DNA of 63,221 bases, the filler included, from Diploschistes diacapsis (Eukaryota): the NCBI GenBank assembly GCA_023645945.1. It is 12 parts of 12 records of this genome, joined end to end, with 100 filler letters (N's around TTAATTAATTAA, not from the genome) between each part and the next. Parts side by side here need not be neighbours in the genome. Positions count along the whole stretch, not along the records: positions 1 to 22,833 come from JALAIB010000275.1; positions 22,934 to 24,588 come from JALAIB010002759.1; 10 more parts are not named here. One strand, given 5' to 3'. Both the position numbers and the translations under genes were made by a program. The stretch's first letter is position 1; the number at the start of each line of letters is the position of its first letter. Positions 12,203 to 24,415 of this stretch are shown here, piece after piece. Under the pieces are notes generated by a model that worked only from the letters and a program-made list of their open reading frames with translations, was not told where the DNA came from and did not search any database.

Positions 12203-13333
12203 CAACCTTTTTCAGTGTGAAGAGAGGCTTTGTGGTTCGCGCTTCGATCCATCCGATGTGTAATGGTAGTGGCTGATGGGAACGGATCCCGATCCTTGGA
12301 CTTGCTCAGCTATATTACGCTGGAAAAGAGCATAGCCCGGAAGAAGATGCTTGGCTCAGAGGCTTTGACATAGACTCAGGCACGGCGCACCTAAGGTACT
12401 CGTGAGCGCTTCACGACGCCCGTCATTTCTATGAATCAACAAGAGGTATGTACTAATCTTTTCCCACTTCCAGTATGGCGATAAGTTCGAACGCTGACAT
12501 CTACCCGACAGGAGGTCTTTTCCGAGCCATCGGCCTCCAGGACTGCTCGCAATAACAGGGGGATGCAGATCTCTGCAGCCGGCTCCTTGGCCGAAGACGG
12601 CTTCCAAAGAAGCACATCAGGGCGGAGCTGTCCGAGGCTATAGTGCAGAAGAAGAAGGGAGCGTTTTTCTCGGTAACCCCCGACAACTCTTTGTACAGTG
12701 AGAAGTAAGTCCAGGAATGGAGTTTCCAGGAGCAAGGACTTCGAGGACTTTGAGGCTGCATGTAACTAGTACACGTACGTGTATATTGTATATGCTATGT
12801 CCCGGGAATGTCGACAGAAAAAGGGTAATGAAAACAAAAAGATAAAGAAGAGAGATACGCCAGACAGGAGGCAGTGTCCCAAGAAGCAAGCACATGTATA
12901 ACCGACAGCTGCTGGGAGCTGCAGCAAGTCGGGCACAGACCTTTGTTAAAGACCGTTGTATATATACATACATGTGCACGAAGAAAAGACCGAGAATAAC
13001 ATGTATGTTGAAACCAACCCTCGTCTCCTTCCCCTTCTTTCCCTTTTCCTCACATAACTCGCCCCAAACCGCTTCCGCTGCTCACGCTGGGATATGTTGC
13101 GAACAACATGTATTCGAGACAGCGAGCCTATTGACGCCCAGGTTACCCAGCGCTCATCGCCTCACGGAAGCACAAACTAATGCTTGCCTAAGAAACGTTT
13201 TCATAGTAAAAGAAAAGAAGAGAGGAATACTCACAGGTACACACCCGTTAGCACAGCAACTTCGGCCCGTCCCTCCACACCGCGCATACACCACCCCCCC
13301 GATAACTCTCTCCACCACCTCAACGTCGTCGCG

Positions 13334-14227
13334 CTACTTCCACTCCCACTGCTTCTTCATCCTCCACCTCCACCACCACCAGCACCCACTCCGCCCCGCC
13401 GCAGAACGCCGCATCACACAAACCCGTCGCCGATACCTGCCCCGGGAGAGCACTCGTCGGCAGCGCCGGACCCCGCATGCTCGCCGTCGCGCTTGTCGCG
13501 CTTGGGCCATACAAAGTATCCCCGCCACCCCCGCTGGCCTTGAGACAAATCCCCCCTCGCCGTGCGCAGAGCCACGGCCGTCGTGCACGGCGGCGTTGGC
13601 GTCGGACCGGGAAAGCCGGGTCCGAGAGACGGGGGTCGGTGCAGGGGACGTCGCAGCAGAGGGATCTGGAGGGGCGCGCGTTTGCGGGTCGACGACGGAG
13701 GCTCTGCCGGTTTGGGAAAAGGTGCGGTTGGTCGGGGAGATGCCGGTGCGCGTGGCGGGGGGTTTTTTTTCTTTGGGAGGAGCAGGCGGAGTCGACGTCC
13801 AGGGTGCAGGCGGTGCTGTGGCGGATGAAGTTGGTGAAGGCGCGGTGCCGGGGGGCCGCCGTTGGGTTAAATCTGCGGGGCGGGGCGAGTTCGAAGATGA
13901 GCCAGCCGATGCCACCCTTCTTGCAAGCTGCGAAAGTGCTGGCCAGGGGCGGTCCCAGGTCAGTAGACTTTGGCGGCCTTCGCTCCGTGGTTGAGGACGT
14001 TGCAGCGTTCCCCCGCTACGTTTGAAGCAGTAGAGGTGGTTGGGACCTGCGTTGCCGGATGATTGTGCGGAGGCAAGAGAAAGGAGGGGAAGAGAAACCG
14101 TTCTTGAGCGGATCTCAAGAGAGTATCCCGGCAGCTCAACGCAGCGCGGATAAGTCTGGAGAGGGAAGGACGAGGACAGGTGTTTCAGAGCAAGACAGCA
14201 GAACGTTGAGCACATACGAGACCTCAT
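13334..14227 (-). CDS. Possible Pro/Ser/Thr-rich hypothetical protein; strand and frame uncertain
   Basis: GC-rich block with long ORFs on both strands and no recognisable domain. Confidence 0.25.
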   Translation of the reverse strand: MRSRMCSTFCCLALKHLSSSFPLQTYPRCVELPGYSLEIRSRTVSLPLLSLASAQSSGNAGPNHLYCFKRSGGTLQRPQPRSEGRQSLLTWDRPWPALSQLARRVASAGSSSNSPRPADLTQRRPPGTAPSPTSSATAPPAPWTSTPPAPPKEKKPPATRTGISPTNRTFSQTGRASVVDPQTRAPPDPSAATSPAPTPVSRTRLSRSDANAAVHDGRGSAHGEGGFVSRPAGVAGILCMAQARQARRRACGVRRCRRVLSRGRYRRRVCVMRRSAAGRSGCWWWWRWRMKKQWEWK

Positions 14228-14731
14228 CGCACTGCCTACCGACGATCGATCAATACATCCTTATTCCAGCCTGCAATATCATACGCAACCATGCAATTCT
14301 TCCGTGAAACCATTGAGTGAAGTGACAGGGGGCGTCGGTGCAAGGCTGGCAGTTGGTTAAATTGAAGTCGAACAAAGGGTGGAGAAAGAAGAAGCACTGG
14401 CAATCTAAAGTTCTTTGGGCAAAATCATGAACACTGGTGGCCCTTGTAACAAAGTAAGTAATTGCACCTCGATCAACCTGGTCCATGAAGAGGGCACTTC
14501 TTATATTATGGCCTACGACGTTCCACAACCTATGACTGCGAGAACATGGAGCGAGCCTTGGAAAAGCCCCATATCTAATTGTAAGCGCGAAGATACTTGG
14601 TTCAAACGCCCGCGCTATGCCCTTGCTTTCTAAGCTACAAGCATTCCAGGCATACTACCAATGCCAGCATTGGTCGTCATAATCTTGTGACAAAAAATCA
14701 TAGAAAAAGCAAAAAGGGGTTGACAAAGACA

Positions 14732-17700
14732 TCAAGTCCATCTGTTGTCCCCACCACCACTCGTCTGTCTCCTACGCCTGGAATTGGGAATCATTACCGG
14801 TGGTGGCGTGGGATGTGTCGGCGTCCGAGCGTTGTGCCCATTCGTTCCATTATCTTTCCTCGGAGAAGTGACTAGTAATGATTGCCTAGAACTACGTCCA
14901 GATGTGGTACGTGGGAGTCTGCTTTTCGACGCAGTCGGCGTACTTCCACCCTGCAGTGTAGGCGTAGTGCTGCGGGATTCTTCGCGCCCCGGGCGATATG
15001 GAATCGATACGTTTCCCATTAAATTGCGAGCACGATCACGATCCAATAAATAGGTAGTAGAATGTAAAGACCTGCTGCTTGTAGGCGTTGGTGGTATTGA
15101 CTGTCCACTGGATATGCTTGGGGGCGTGGTCGAGCTGCTGGTCCTTCGACCTCCTCGCCGCTTACCTCCACTGCGGATGATTATCTCGTGCTCGTCGCAT
15201 GATCTGGTGAGCTTGCTCGCCATATCGCGAACGAGAATTGCCGTGTCGCTGTCTGCAAGGCGCTGAATGGTGTCGTACAGACCGTACATGCTGACAAGAG
15301 CTCCCTGCTCGTCACTCGCATCGCAGATGCATTGCACAATACGGAGTAGGTTGAGCCTCGTCAAGGCCTTGTTAGAAGAAAGCTTCTGCAGGATACGCGA
15401 GAAAAGTCCAGGCTGAGCAAGGCTAAGGGCAATGGGTGGACTCAACCTTAGCAATTTCTGAAGCGGCTCGAGCAGGTTCTCAAACGAGTTGGCTTTCGAT
15501 TCGATGAAGCACTTCACAATTGCCTGTGTGAAGTTGCCGACCAACAGGTGCTCCTCGACTCGTGCTGTTTCCTCTTGGAGCCTGAAGGGCAGTAAGACTT
15601 TGAAATCGTGTGGGAAAATAATAAGCTTACCAAATAAATATTGAATCCAAAGCGGTGACTTGCCAGTATGGCTCAGAAAGAAGAGAGACGTAGAACTGTA
15701 GGCCTTTGTTGCGCCACAGTTCTCTTCGTCCGACCTTGCCGGAATGGGCCATATCACACAGGATGGGTAGGGCGAACTCTTTTAGTGGTCTCTCCGTTTT
15801 GTAGATGCGCTGAAGTATCGGAATAATATCGTTCAAGGCCGCGTCCTCTTGCCTCGACTTGTTAAGCCTACACAGGTTGTAAACCGTATTCAAGATTTGA
15901 TTTGACATCTCCCGGAAATGCGGTTCCTTCATGCTTGTCCGCAACAGCTCCGTTAGTACATCGATTGCATTAGAATTCTGCAGGGCGTCGAGGGTAGTAG
16001 AGAGCATGGAGAGATTCTTGATGAACTTGAGCATGGTAATTTGATGATTCGGTGACATGCGCTTTAGCTCCTTCAGTACTCCTTTCGAACAGGTCAGCAG
16101 GGAAAGGGGCAGACGCTCCAAAGTACTTACTGTGAAGCACCGTCCGCTCTGCCACAAGCTCTTTGACGTGATTTTCAGCCTGTGAGAAAAGCAAGAATAT
16201 ATTGGCGATACGACCTTCGCACTGCTCGGACGACTCTCCCATCTCGTCCAGCACCCTGCTGAGCACGAGAGACAGCGGGTCAAGGACAGAGCTTCTAGAT
16301 AGTATCCTACAGAAATCGTTCTTGGGCGTCGGCCCCTGCAGCTCAAAAACGCTCCAAACGCCATTCACTCCAATCATGACAAGGTTGCGCTCATCCTCGT
16401 AATCTTCCTCCAGAAACTCAACTAGAACCTTTAGACCACCTGCGCTGACAAACATCTGCAAAGTCAGGGTAGAGGTATGACACATTTGGCGGACAAAAGC
16501 TGCGGCCTCGAGCCGGATCTCGCTCGAGTACCTCCTCGAGGCGAACTTTGTGATAATTGGAATGCCACCAACAAAGCAAAGGTTCTCCTGTATCACCACA
16601 TCGTCTAGGATAATGAGGTTCAGTATCCTCAGTAGATTGAGGATGATGTCTCTACTCTTGCAAGACTCGAGGATCTCAAGGATCGGCAACATGCCATGAG
16701 CACTAATGATGACGCTTTTGGTATCTGGGGAATCATAGAGGACCTCAAGGAGCTCCTCCGAGAGGTCTGCTAGCGTATCATCTGATTGATTGACCTTCAA
16801 CGATCCAACGAGAGCCTCCACTTGGGTGCACAGCCGAGCGTATTTATCCCTAGCCACGTTGGCTTCCAAGTCGGTCTCGTCAAAGCCTTCTTCGAGCTGA
16901 GCAAAGGGGTCATCTTCGTCATCGTCATCGTCGCCAAGCCAAGAGTTGTTAGACAATTTCGAGTTGAGCATCAAAGCTACAGATTCCGAATTGGTTTCGC
17001 TTGCGGGGGTATCTAATGGGGTGGAGTCTTTGCCAAAAATGTCAGAAAATTGGGCATCCTGCTCGCTTTCGGCGTATCTTTGAATCTCCATCGAAGATCT
17101 TGTCCGTCGCATCGACGTTCTGGGCTTTGGTGTGGGCCGTCGAAGGCTGGCAGACATGGGTGGAGGCATTGCTAAGGGTGTCGAGAAGGGAAGAAGAGGT
17201 CGTGGCTTTGGAGAAGATGGCTCCTTATGCTGCTAGCACATTAGATAATCAAAGCTATCTCTCTCGCAATCAACTTACCATGTTCAGACTGAGTTTTCCC
17301 TCGAAAGCTCCATCGTTGGCAAGAACAAGATCGGAGTAATCCTCGTCAGGATCTTCCTGATACTGCAGTGTGGGCTGTTGCTGGTTTGGCACGACAGACT
17401 TTACCTTCTTAATGAGCTTTTTCGTTTGACTATGACCCTGCCGTAATTTCCCTGAAGGTCCAAGACGTTTCGGTGTTTTGGCGGGCGGCGTTATCTTGAG
17501 ATGCTCGATCTTGGTACGCTCCGGAGAGGCAGACTTTAGCATCTTTAACTGATCGGTTGCCGTAACCTGAAGAGGACTTTTGACAGTAAGTTCCCCCTCG
17601 AAGTTGTCATCCCAGTTGGTCTCTTCGGCTACGGACTCAAACGAAGCAAACGATTTCAGGTTCTGGGCCGACAGCAACCCTCCATAGTGATCTTGAGGCT

Positions 17701-19196
17701 TCAGATGCGGAAGTTGAAGTACGTTAGGGTTTATGGCGGAAGCAAAGTCATTATCCCAATTATCGTCCTCTCCTGACTCGTGAGAGCGGAACCGGTCAGG
17801 GTCGATTTTTGTCTTGGCTTGTGATGGATTAGTTCGATTTGGCGGAGCTATAGGGCTCGATCGATCATGCCGTAGCGGCACTGGACTTGATGAGACTGCG
17901 CGGGCGGTCTTCCGCAACGAAGAGTTTGGCGACTTCAGTGCCTCGTTCCATTGCTGTACACTTTTTACCGCTTCTTCGTACTTTGTTGCTTTCTTGGGTA
18001 CAACCCTATCGGACCGACAGGCATTCAAAATCCAGGGGTGCTTCAACAGCTTTCGAGCCGAGACCCGCAGATTTGGGTCCTTTTGAAAACACTGCATGAG
18101 AAAATCGCGAACAACCTCGTTAATGGTAAGTGTATGGCTCTCGGAATTGTGGTCGGGCACTTACTGGAGAGGCTCCCTCAGGTAGAGGAGGATGGTCGTC
18201 GTTTACAATTCGGAACAAAGCATGCATTGGCTGCAGCTTGTGGTACGGGGGCTTGCCATCGAGAAGCTCGATAACGGTACAGCCAAGGCTCCATATATCT
18301 GCGGCAGTAGTTGCGCCAGACAGTTCGATGACTTCGGGAGCCATCCAGTATGGCGTGCCGACCACACTTGACTCGTGCAAGGTCGTAGTCCGCGTGGCAA
18401 CACCAAAGTCAGCCAGTTTGACTAGGCCTTGCTTTGTAGTAAGGATGTTGGCGCCCTTCACGTCTCGATGGATCACACCCTGCTCATGAAGGTAGAGTAG
18501 GCCATTGAGGACCTGCGACATGTACAGAGCTACCAGGTTCTCTGGAAACTTTCCAAAGTTTCTAGAAATGTGGGAAAGAGAACCATTTTCGCAGAACCTG
18601 TTGCGAATTCAGTTTTGGAGCCAAGAGACTGCAGGAAGGCCGAGCATACTCCAGAATAATGTTCAGGGTCTCCGCAGACTTCACGAAACCCAGATACTTC
18701 ACAATATTCGGGTGCTAACTATATCAGTCAGGGCCGGGGAAGCGCCGGGATCGTCATACATCCAAATTCTTGAGGAGATCTATTTCCAGCTTCCCAGGGC
18801 TCGATTAGCAGTTATCGTGCGATGTAACGAGGAATCCCTACAGTGATAACCCTCAGCTCGCTTTTGGGGAGGTCGGCAAGCCTGACTTGCTTTATGGCCA
18901 CCGTTTCTCCAGTACTCATGTTCAATGCTCGATATACTGATCCAAAAGCACCCTTCCCGAGACAGTCACCAAGTTGCTAGACACCGTCAGCTAGCGTCCT
19001 TGAGATGGTCTGTAGGTTTATGGCGAACATAATCTCTGAGCTCAGCATCTTGGCTGGGTCTCGGGACACTGCTCTCCTTCCTCGGCTTCCGCGGTGTTGC
19101 TCCACCTTCTGCATCCTTCTCTTTTGGAGGTTGATTCCCATTTGACTGCTGACTCGGTACGCTTGGACCAGCGGGACTTGGTGATTTGGAAACCAT
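14732..19196 (-). CDS. sepH: Septation initiation network kinase SepH / Cdc15 / S. pombe Cdc7
   Basis: Kinase motifs [36 protein letters not shown], followed by an ARM-like region ([39 protein letters not shown]). Several canonical introns, including a 30-nt micro-exon [10 protein letters not shown]. Confidence 0.95.
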
Positions 19197-19856
19197 TGGA
19201 ACCTTCCAAGCTCGCTTTCCCTCAATCTTCAGCACGTTTTATTTACTTTTCAATCCAATCCCATTGAACAGAAAAGGCTGGCTTCTGTCAGCAGAAGTGT
19301 TCTTGAGATGAGGCGGGACACGAGCCGACAGCTAATAAGCGGGCAAGTGGCCATCGGCAAGTGAACCACAATTGGAGCCAAAACGAAATTCTAGTTGGAT
19401 TTAGCTGGGTTAAACCATATGCTGGCAAAGGACTCTTACACATCGGCGAGGGATATTATTCTCTTATCTCGCACCACGGCAAGCAAGTGTTGCAGTTCAA
19501 TGAGAGTAAGGGACTTTTGTGCAGGCGCGTACTCCGGTGGATGCTACCAAGCAACCGGGGCCCATTTTCTCCGTTCGAAAACTGAAACAAGCGCGGGTAT
19601 TAGCTGATAAACATTGTTAATCAAAAAAGCGATAATATTGATCCGTGCTTTTCCAGACGCTTTTATAGACACGAAACCGTGAATTTATGCTGATTTTGTT
19701 AATGTAATTAATTAATTAATTAAATACTAATATTCGGGACATCAGTTACCAATGATCGATTTATTTAAATAGTAAAGTAATTACTGGAATCGATATTTGA
19801 TATGTTAAACGTAGTCCTCAAAAAGGCACTCTTAATTGACTTCATCAACTTTAGAG

Positions 19857-21146
19857 CTAGCTGGACACGACAAGCCCTAGCTCTTTCCTAGAGGCTCCCT
19901 TGCTTCTCAAAAGACGTAGGACATCCGATACCAAATACAAACTTCCGGTTACCACGATTTTATTATCCTGGTTGATATTCGCAGCTTCAATAAGTGCCTG
20001 TTCAACATTTTTCGCAACTTGCGACTCCCGTAAATTAACATGCTTCTGCGCTAATTTTAGGATGCCCTCGGCAGGGAAAGACTTGACCCAAGGCATCCCA
20101 GCAACTGGGCCGAACTCAACGGCGATTACGTCGTCTTGGGGCCTGATGATATGGGATATGTTTTCTTCAACGCTCTTATTCTCAGAGGATGCTAAGATCC
20201 AAGTAATGCACCCTTCAAGGTTATTATTATTGCGGCGCAACTTGTCATTGATCTCCTTTCCGAGGCACGCCATGGCTTGTGGGTTATGAGCGCCGTCAAG
20301 CAGCACGCTCATGCGCCTTCCGACGACTCTAGCTATGCTTAGCTCTTGCCAGCGCCCAGGCAGCGAATTTGCCTGGGTCGCATTGACCAGCTCGAGTGCC
20401 GCGTGTTGCGTATAATCCATCTCGCCGAGCGCTACTTTGCACGCCTCGTAAGCAAGTGCGAGATTGGATAGCTGGAAAGGGGCTAAAGATTTAACACCGC
20501 CGATTTGCTCCCAGACCTGCCCATACCGAGGATTGCGGAAATCGACAAGCTCCAAGGGCCCAGACTCCACTTCTTCGGCTTTTGCTGCAATGACATCCGT
20601 TGCTCCAGCAGGCGAACCGCCGTCGACAATACATGGCACCCTCTTTTTCATGATTCCGGCCTTTTGCGTCGCGATGTCTGCTATTCGATCTCCCAGAAGT
20701 GCTTGATGATCTAAGGCGAGACGGGTGATGACTGTGACAAGGGGGTCTTGCAAGATGTTTGTTGCGTCCGTAGCTCCTCCCACGCCTACTTCCACAATAC
20801 CAACCTTGACTTTCGCCCTGTTGAAAGCCTCGAAAGCGGTGGCGGTCAACAATTCAAACTCAGTGGCTTGAAGCTTCAGTCTCTGGTCTCTATTGATGAC
20901 CTGTCTTTCAATGTCGAGGAAACTGTCCTCTTCGATGACCTTGCCATGTAAAGAAATGCCATCCCAGCGATCAAGCAAGTGCGGAGAGGTGAACATGCCA
21001 GTTGGGATTTTGGCCCGGTTGAGCATGGAATAGATATTTGCGCACACCGACCCCTTGCCGTTGGTACCTGCAACGTGAATGGCCCTCCATGATAGATTTG
21101 CAGTGTCAACCAGGCGGCTTATCCGTTGCAGGCCCAGCTCTAGCAT
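19857..21146 (-). CDS. fol3: Dihydrofolate synthetase / folylpolyglutamate synthase family (Fol3-like)
   Basis: MLELGLQRISRL, IHVAGTNGKGS, FTSPHL, EVGVGG.TDATN, LDGAHNP, VTGSLYLV; single exon. Confidence 0.92.
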   Translation of the reverse strand: MLELGLQRISRLVDTANLSWRAIHVAGTNGKGSVCANIYSMLNRAKIPTGMFTSPHLLDRWDGISLHGKVIEEDSFLDIERQVINRDQRLKLQATEFELLTATAFEAFNRAKVKVGIVEVGVGGATDATNILQDPLVTVITRLALDHQALLGDRIADIATQKAGIMKKRVPCIVDGGSPAGATDVIAAKAEEVESGPLELVDFRNPRYGQVWEQIGGVKSLAPFQLSNLALAYEACKVALGEMDYTQHAALELVNATQANSLPGRWQELSIARVVGRRMSVLLDGAHNPQAMACLGKEINDKLRRNNNNLEGCITWILASSENKSVEENISHIIRPQDDVIAVEFGPVAGMPWVKSFPAEGILKLAQKHVNLRESQVAKNVEQALIEAANINQDNKIVVTGSLYLVSDVLRLLRSKGASRKELGLVVSS

Positions 21147-21593
21147 CTTTTGACAGGATGGTGCACATAGAGGAAGCAGAATATCCAACTAAGCCGGGAC
21201 ATCAGATGTAATCAATGATGGGCATTGCAGTAACAAAAGCATTCAGCCAATGCGTAGTAGATCTCTCTTCTACAAAGTACAGGAGAAAGAAGGCAACCCA
21301 AAGCGTCCACTTCCAGTTGGGAACTCCACCTAGTAAAAAGCATTCAGCCCTACAAGGCATGGTCCAGTCTTGGCATTTTCAGGGGCGCTTCAGGGAATTC
21401 GGTGCGCCCGCGGCCCATCATCCTCCAGCCACTCACTGTCCATGCGCTTCCTTTCTAATCACTCGTCGACTTGTCTTCATCTTTGTGCGCCATCTTTCTT
21501 TTGAACTCCGTTGATTCCCATTCTGAAAATCCTTGCTGGGACCTGAAGCAATTGGGTTTTTCTTTTCGTGGTTTCGTATCTCTCGTCTGCAAG

Positions 21594-22833
21594 ATGGGTC
21601 TCTTGTAAGTGCACGCCCAGTCGCGCCCACTTGTTTTGGCTCGGCTATTCGCCTGCCATATCTGCCTTGAAGCCCTCGCCGATGCAAGTATGCTAATACT
21701 GTAATTTCCAGGATGTTTCGCGAGCGCGCTTCTGGCGACAGAACTCCATTCAAAAAGAATGAGTTCCATGTGGGTCAACGCGACTCTACCGCAGCCTCGC
21801 GTTCTCCAATCCGTCGCCAGCGTCATGCCACTTCCAGCGATCGCACGAGCGAGCGCGTCCGCGCATACTATCAGCGTCGAAGTCTGCCTGTGATGGAGCC
21901 TGATCCGGACCAGCCCTCGAGCTCCGAGTCGCTCAATCGCATGATGTACTATCAGGACAGGCTCCGTCTTCCGCCTCCGCCGCCCATCTCGCCGCAGAAC
22001 CGTGATCGACTGATCAATGAACAAGATGCAGGAACAAGCACTATGACGCTGCAACCACCCCAGGCTTGGAGGCTTGCTAGCAGTGATGCTATCTCGACCG
22101 AGTCGTCCGCAGCGCATAACAGGCTTCCGTCACCAATCTCAGCAGTCGCGGGCCCGGGCCGTTGGCCGCCGCCGCTAGATACAGCAACCCTGGTTCGAGA
22201 AGCTCGATCCTTTTCGCGTAACAGGGGGCCGTATGAACATGATGTCGATCGCCTATCTTCGCCTGCAGTTACCTCCCAGTTTGCCCCAGCATACCGTTTT
22301 TACCAGGCCGATACAACGCCCAATGCCACTCCTCCGAGCGAGAGGGCTGAGGGACAGAGTACTCCCTCGCGGGGGATGGTAAATCATGGAGATGAAACCC
22401 CCGCGGACGGCCGGCTCATGCTCGACGGCGCCAGCAGTCCCCAACCCGTATTCCACACCCCCGCGCTTGCGATCGGCTCCACCTCCGGCCTCGGCGATCG
22501 TCACCGAAGCCCCAGCTCAGACTCGGACCGAGATCGCGTTCCCGAACGAGCACCGGCCCACGAAGATTCAGACTCAGACCAAGTGTCAGATAGCCCGTCC
22601 GGCGACGAAGAAAACTGGTCCTCCCTCTTCTCCACCATCCCACCGGACGAGCACCTCCCCACCCCCACCTCCTCCTTCAGCTCCACCAGCGCCTCCACGG
22701 CCATCTCGCGCTCGCACTCGCAGCAACGCCGCTCCCCATCCACAAACCTCACCGCGCCCTCCTCCCGCGCAACCAGCACCTCACCGCGCACCCCCCGCTC
22801 CGGCACGGCAGCCACAGCAACGACCTCCAACTG
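21594..22833 (+). CDS. Ser/Arg/Pro-rich fungal hypothetical protein, 3' truncated by contig end
   Basis: Exon 1 ATGGGTCTCTT plus intron 21605-21711 (GTAAGT...GCTAAT...CAG) gives MGLLMFRE. Open for more than 370 codons; contains WSSLFSTIPPDEHLPTPTSSFSS. Confidence 0.75.
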
Positions 22834-22933
22834 NNNNNNNNNNNNNNNNNNNNNNNNNNNNNNNNNNNNNNNNNNNNTTAATTAATTAANNNNNNNNNNN
22901 NNNNNNNNNNNNNNNNNNNNNNNNNNNNNNNNN
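22834..22933. other. Artificial contig-joining spacer (first of 11)
   Basis: N-run + TTAATTAATTAA (stop in all six frames) + N-run, 100 nt. Also starts at 24589, 47456, 49209, 50962, 52714, 54466, 56218, 57970, 59721 and 61472. Confidence 0.97.
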
Positions 22934-24415
22934 CCTTTGAATTACCCCTACAACCACCCCGACGCAGCCCTCCTTTCTGCATACCAAGGTTCTCATACAG
23001 GAGACGCTTACACGCTGCCACATCCGGCCAACAATGGACCATATCCGCAACAGCCTCAGAATCAGTACCTCTCACCCCCGGGACCACCCTTTCATGGTCC
23101 TCACCTCGGTCCCATTCCTAATCAAGTTCCCGGGGTGGCGGCAGCAAATGCCACCAGTAATGGCGCGCCAACAACCCCACAATCGAAGACGAAACCAAAG
23201 CCCGCGAAGAGGGCCAAACCACGGGCAGCGTCCAAACCAAGCTCCAAAGTGACAAAATCCAAAGCAACCTCTGGTATCGGTGTTGCATCACAATCGAGAT
23301 CCGCCGGAGCCAAAGCCGTTCAACGCAAGCAGCGTCCGCAGTCGTCCAAGCACCTTACGCCCTCCCTCCGCGCCGCCATCATCACACTGAAAGTCGCGAC
23401 CGATATGTCCTTCAAGGAGATCGGGGACCTCCTTGCGATTCCCGTGGAGGAGTCGGAGGCCGACGACAAGGATGGCAACGTACAGCAGCAGCAGCAGCCG
23501 CCGCAGCTAGGACCCAGCGCGACAGCTCCAGACCAGGCTCATAGCCCGCTTCCCACGAACAACGCCTCTGGCCCCTTGACGCACGGGGCTCCAGCTCCAG
23601 CGTTGCCGCCGCCAGCCCGCGCCAACGCCGCGGAGATAGATCCCAACCTCGACCCCTCCCTGGCCGATCACCCCATGCCAATCACCCAAGCTCTGGCCCC
23701 CCTCTCCGCCACGGTCGCGGGCACTGCCTTCCTTAACCCTATCCCCTCGATCCACGCACCGGCCCCCCCTGCCGCCATGGCCAGCGGCAACGCCCCTGTC
23801 AGCTCACCCTTCGCCGCCGCCACTAAACCCAAATCAAAAACCCGCCCCAAGCGCCGCCCCATTCCCCGTAACACGGTCGCCGGCATCTTCAAGCGTGTCG
23901 CACAGCGCGCCGGGACCGAGACCGATCTGTACAAGCTGCTTGGACAGACGGGACGCCGGCCAGGATCCGGCAGGCCAAGGAAGGGCGAGGGGAAGAAGGA
24001 TCGTGAGGTGGTGCAAGGAGGAGGTGGGAGTCCAGAGGGTCGCGTGGAAGGCAGGGAAGGGGCAAGGGGGATTGCGGAAGGGATTGTAGAGGGGAGTGCA
24101 GAGGGGGAGCAGCGGAGGAGGAGACTAGAGGGTGTTGCCGATGGTGAAGTTGTCGGGTTTGGCGGAAGCGGCGGTGCGGAGAGAGGCGGAGGAGAGAGTA
24201 CAGGAGCGGTAGGTCAGGGAGAGCATGCGGTTGCTGAAGGAGGGCCGGGAGTGGACCAGGCCGTTCGAGACGCGGACGAGGACGGAGACGGAGACGGAGA
24301 CGGAGAGGAAGACGCGGAAGGAGAGGGCGACGAGGACGATTTGGTGGCGGAGCTGGAGGGCGTCGGTGGGGACTGGGAGGAAGACGAGGACGAGGACGAG
24401 GAAGAGCAGGGGTAG
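22934..24415 (+). CDS. Low-complexity putative DNA-binding protein with Tc1/mariner-transposase-like HTH and GRPRK motif; 5' truncated
   Basis: 492-aa open frame. KHLTPSLRAAIITLKVATDMSFKEIGDLLAIP...IPRNTVAGIFKRVAQRAG...PGSGRPRK. Basic NLS-like patches and an acidic C-tail; no DDE domain. Confidence 0.7.
   Translation, partial: PLNYPYNHPDAALLSAYQGSHTGDAYTLPHPANNGPYPQQPQNQYLSPPGPPFHGPHLGPIPNQVPGVAAANATSNGAPTTPQSKTKPKPAKRAKPRAASKPSSKVTKSKATSGIGVASQSRSAGAKAVQRKQRPQSSKHLTPSLRAAIITLKVATDMSFKEIGDLLAIPVEESEADDKDGNVQQQQQPPQLGPSATAPDQAHSPLPTNNASGPLTHGAPAPALPPPARANAAEIDPNLDPSLADHPMPITQALAPLSATVAGTAFLNPIPSIHAPAPPAAMASGNAPVSSPFAAATKPKSKTRPKRRPIPRNTVAGIFKRVAQRAGTETDLYKLLGQTGRRPGSGRPRKGEGKKDREVVQGGGGSPEGRVEGREGARGIAEGIVEGSAEGEQRRRRLEGVADGEVVGFGGSGGAERGGGESTGAVGQGEHAVAEGGPGVDQAVRDADEDGDGDGDGEEDAEGEGDEDDLVAELEGVGGDWEEDEDEDEEEQG

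Noticed and set aside
12894..13994. 366-aa plus-strand ORF
   Set aside because: Arg-rich shadow-like composition, starts in UTR-like DNA, and has no motif.
19660..19856. AT-rich patch with TAATTAATTAATTAA between fol3 and sepH
   Set aside because: Short, with no homology to other repeats in the window; probably terminator/intergenic DNA or a tiny relic.
22878..22889. Recurrent TTAATTAATTAA palindromes at regular spacing as a CRISPR-like or biological repeat
   Set aside because: Always centred in N-runs; an artificial six-frame stop linker.
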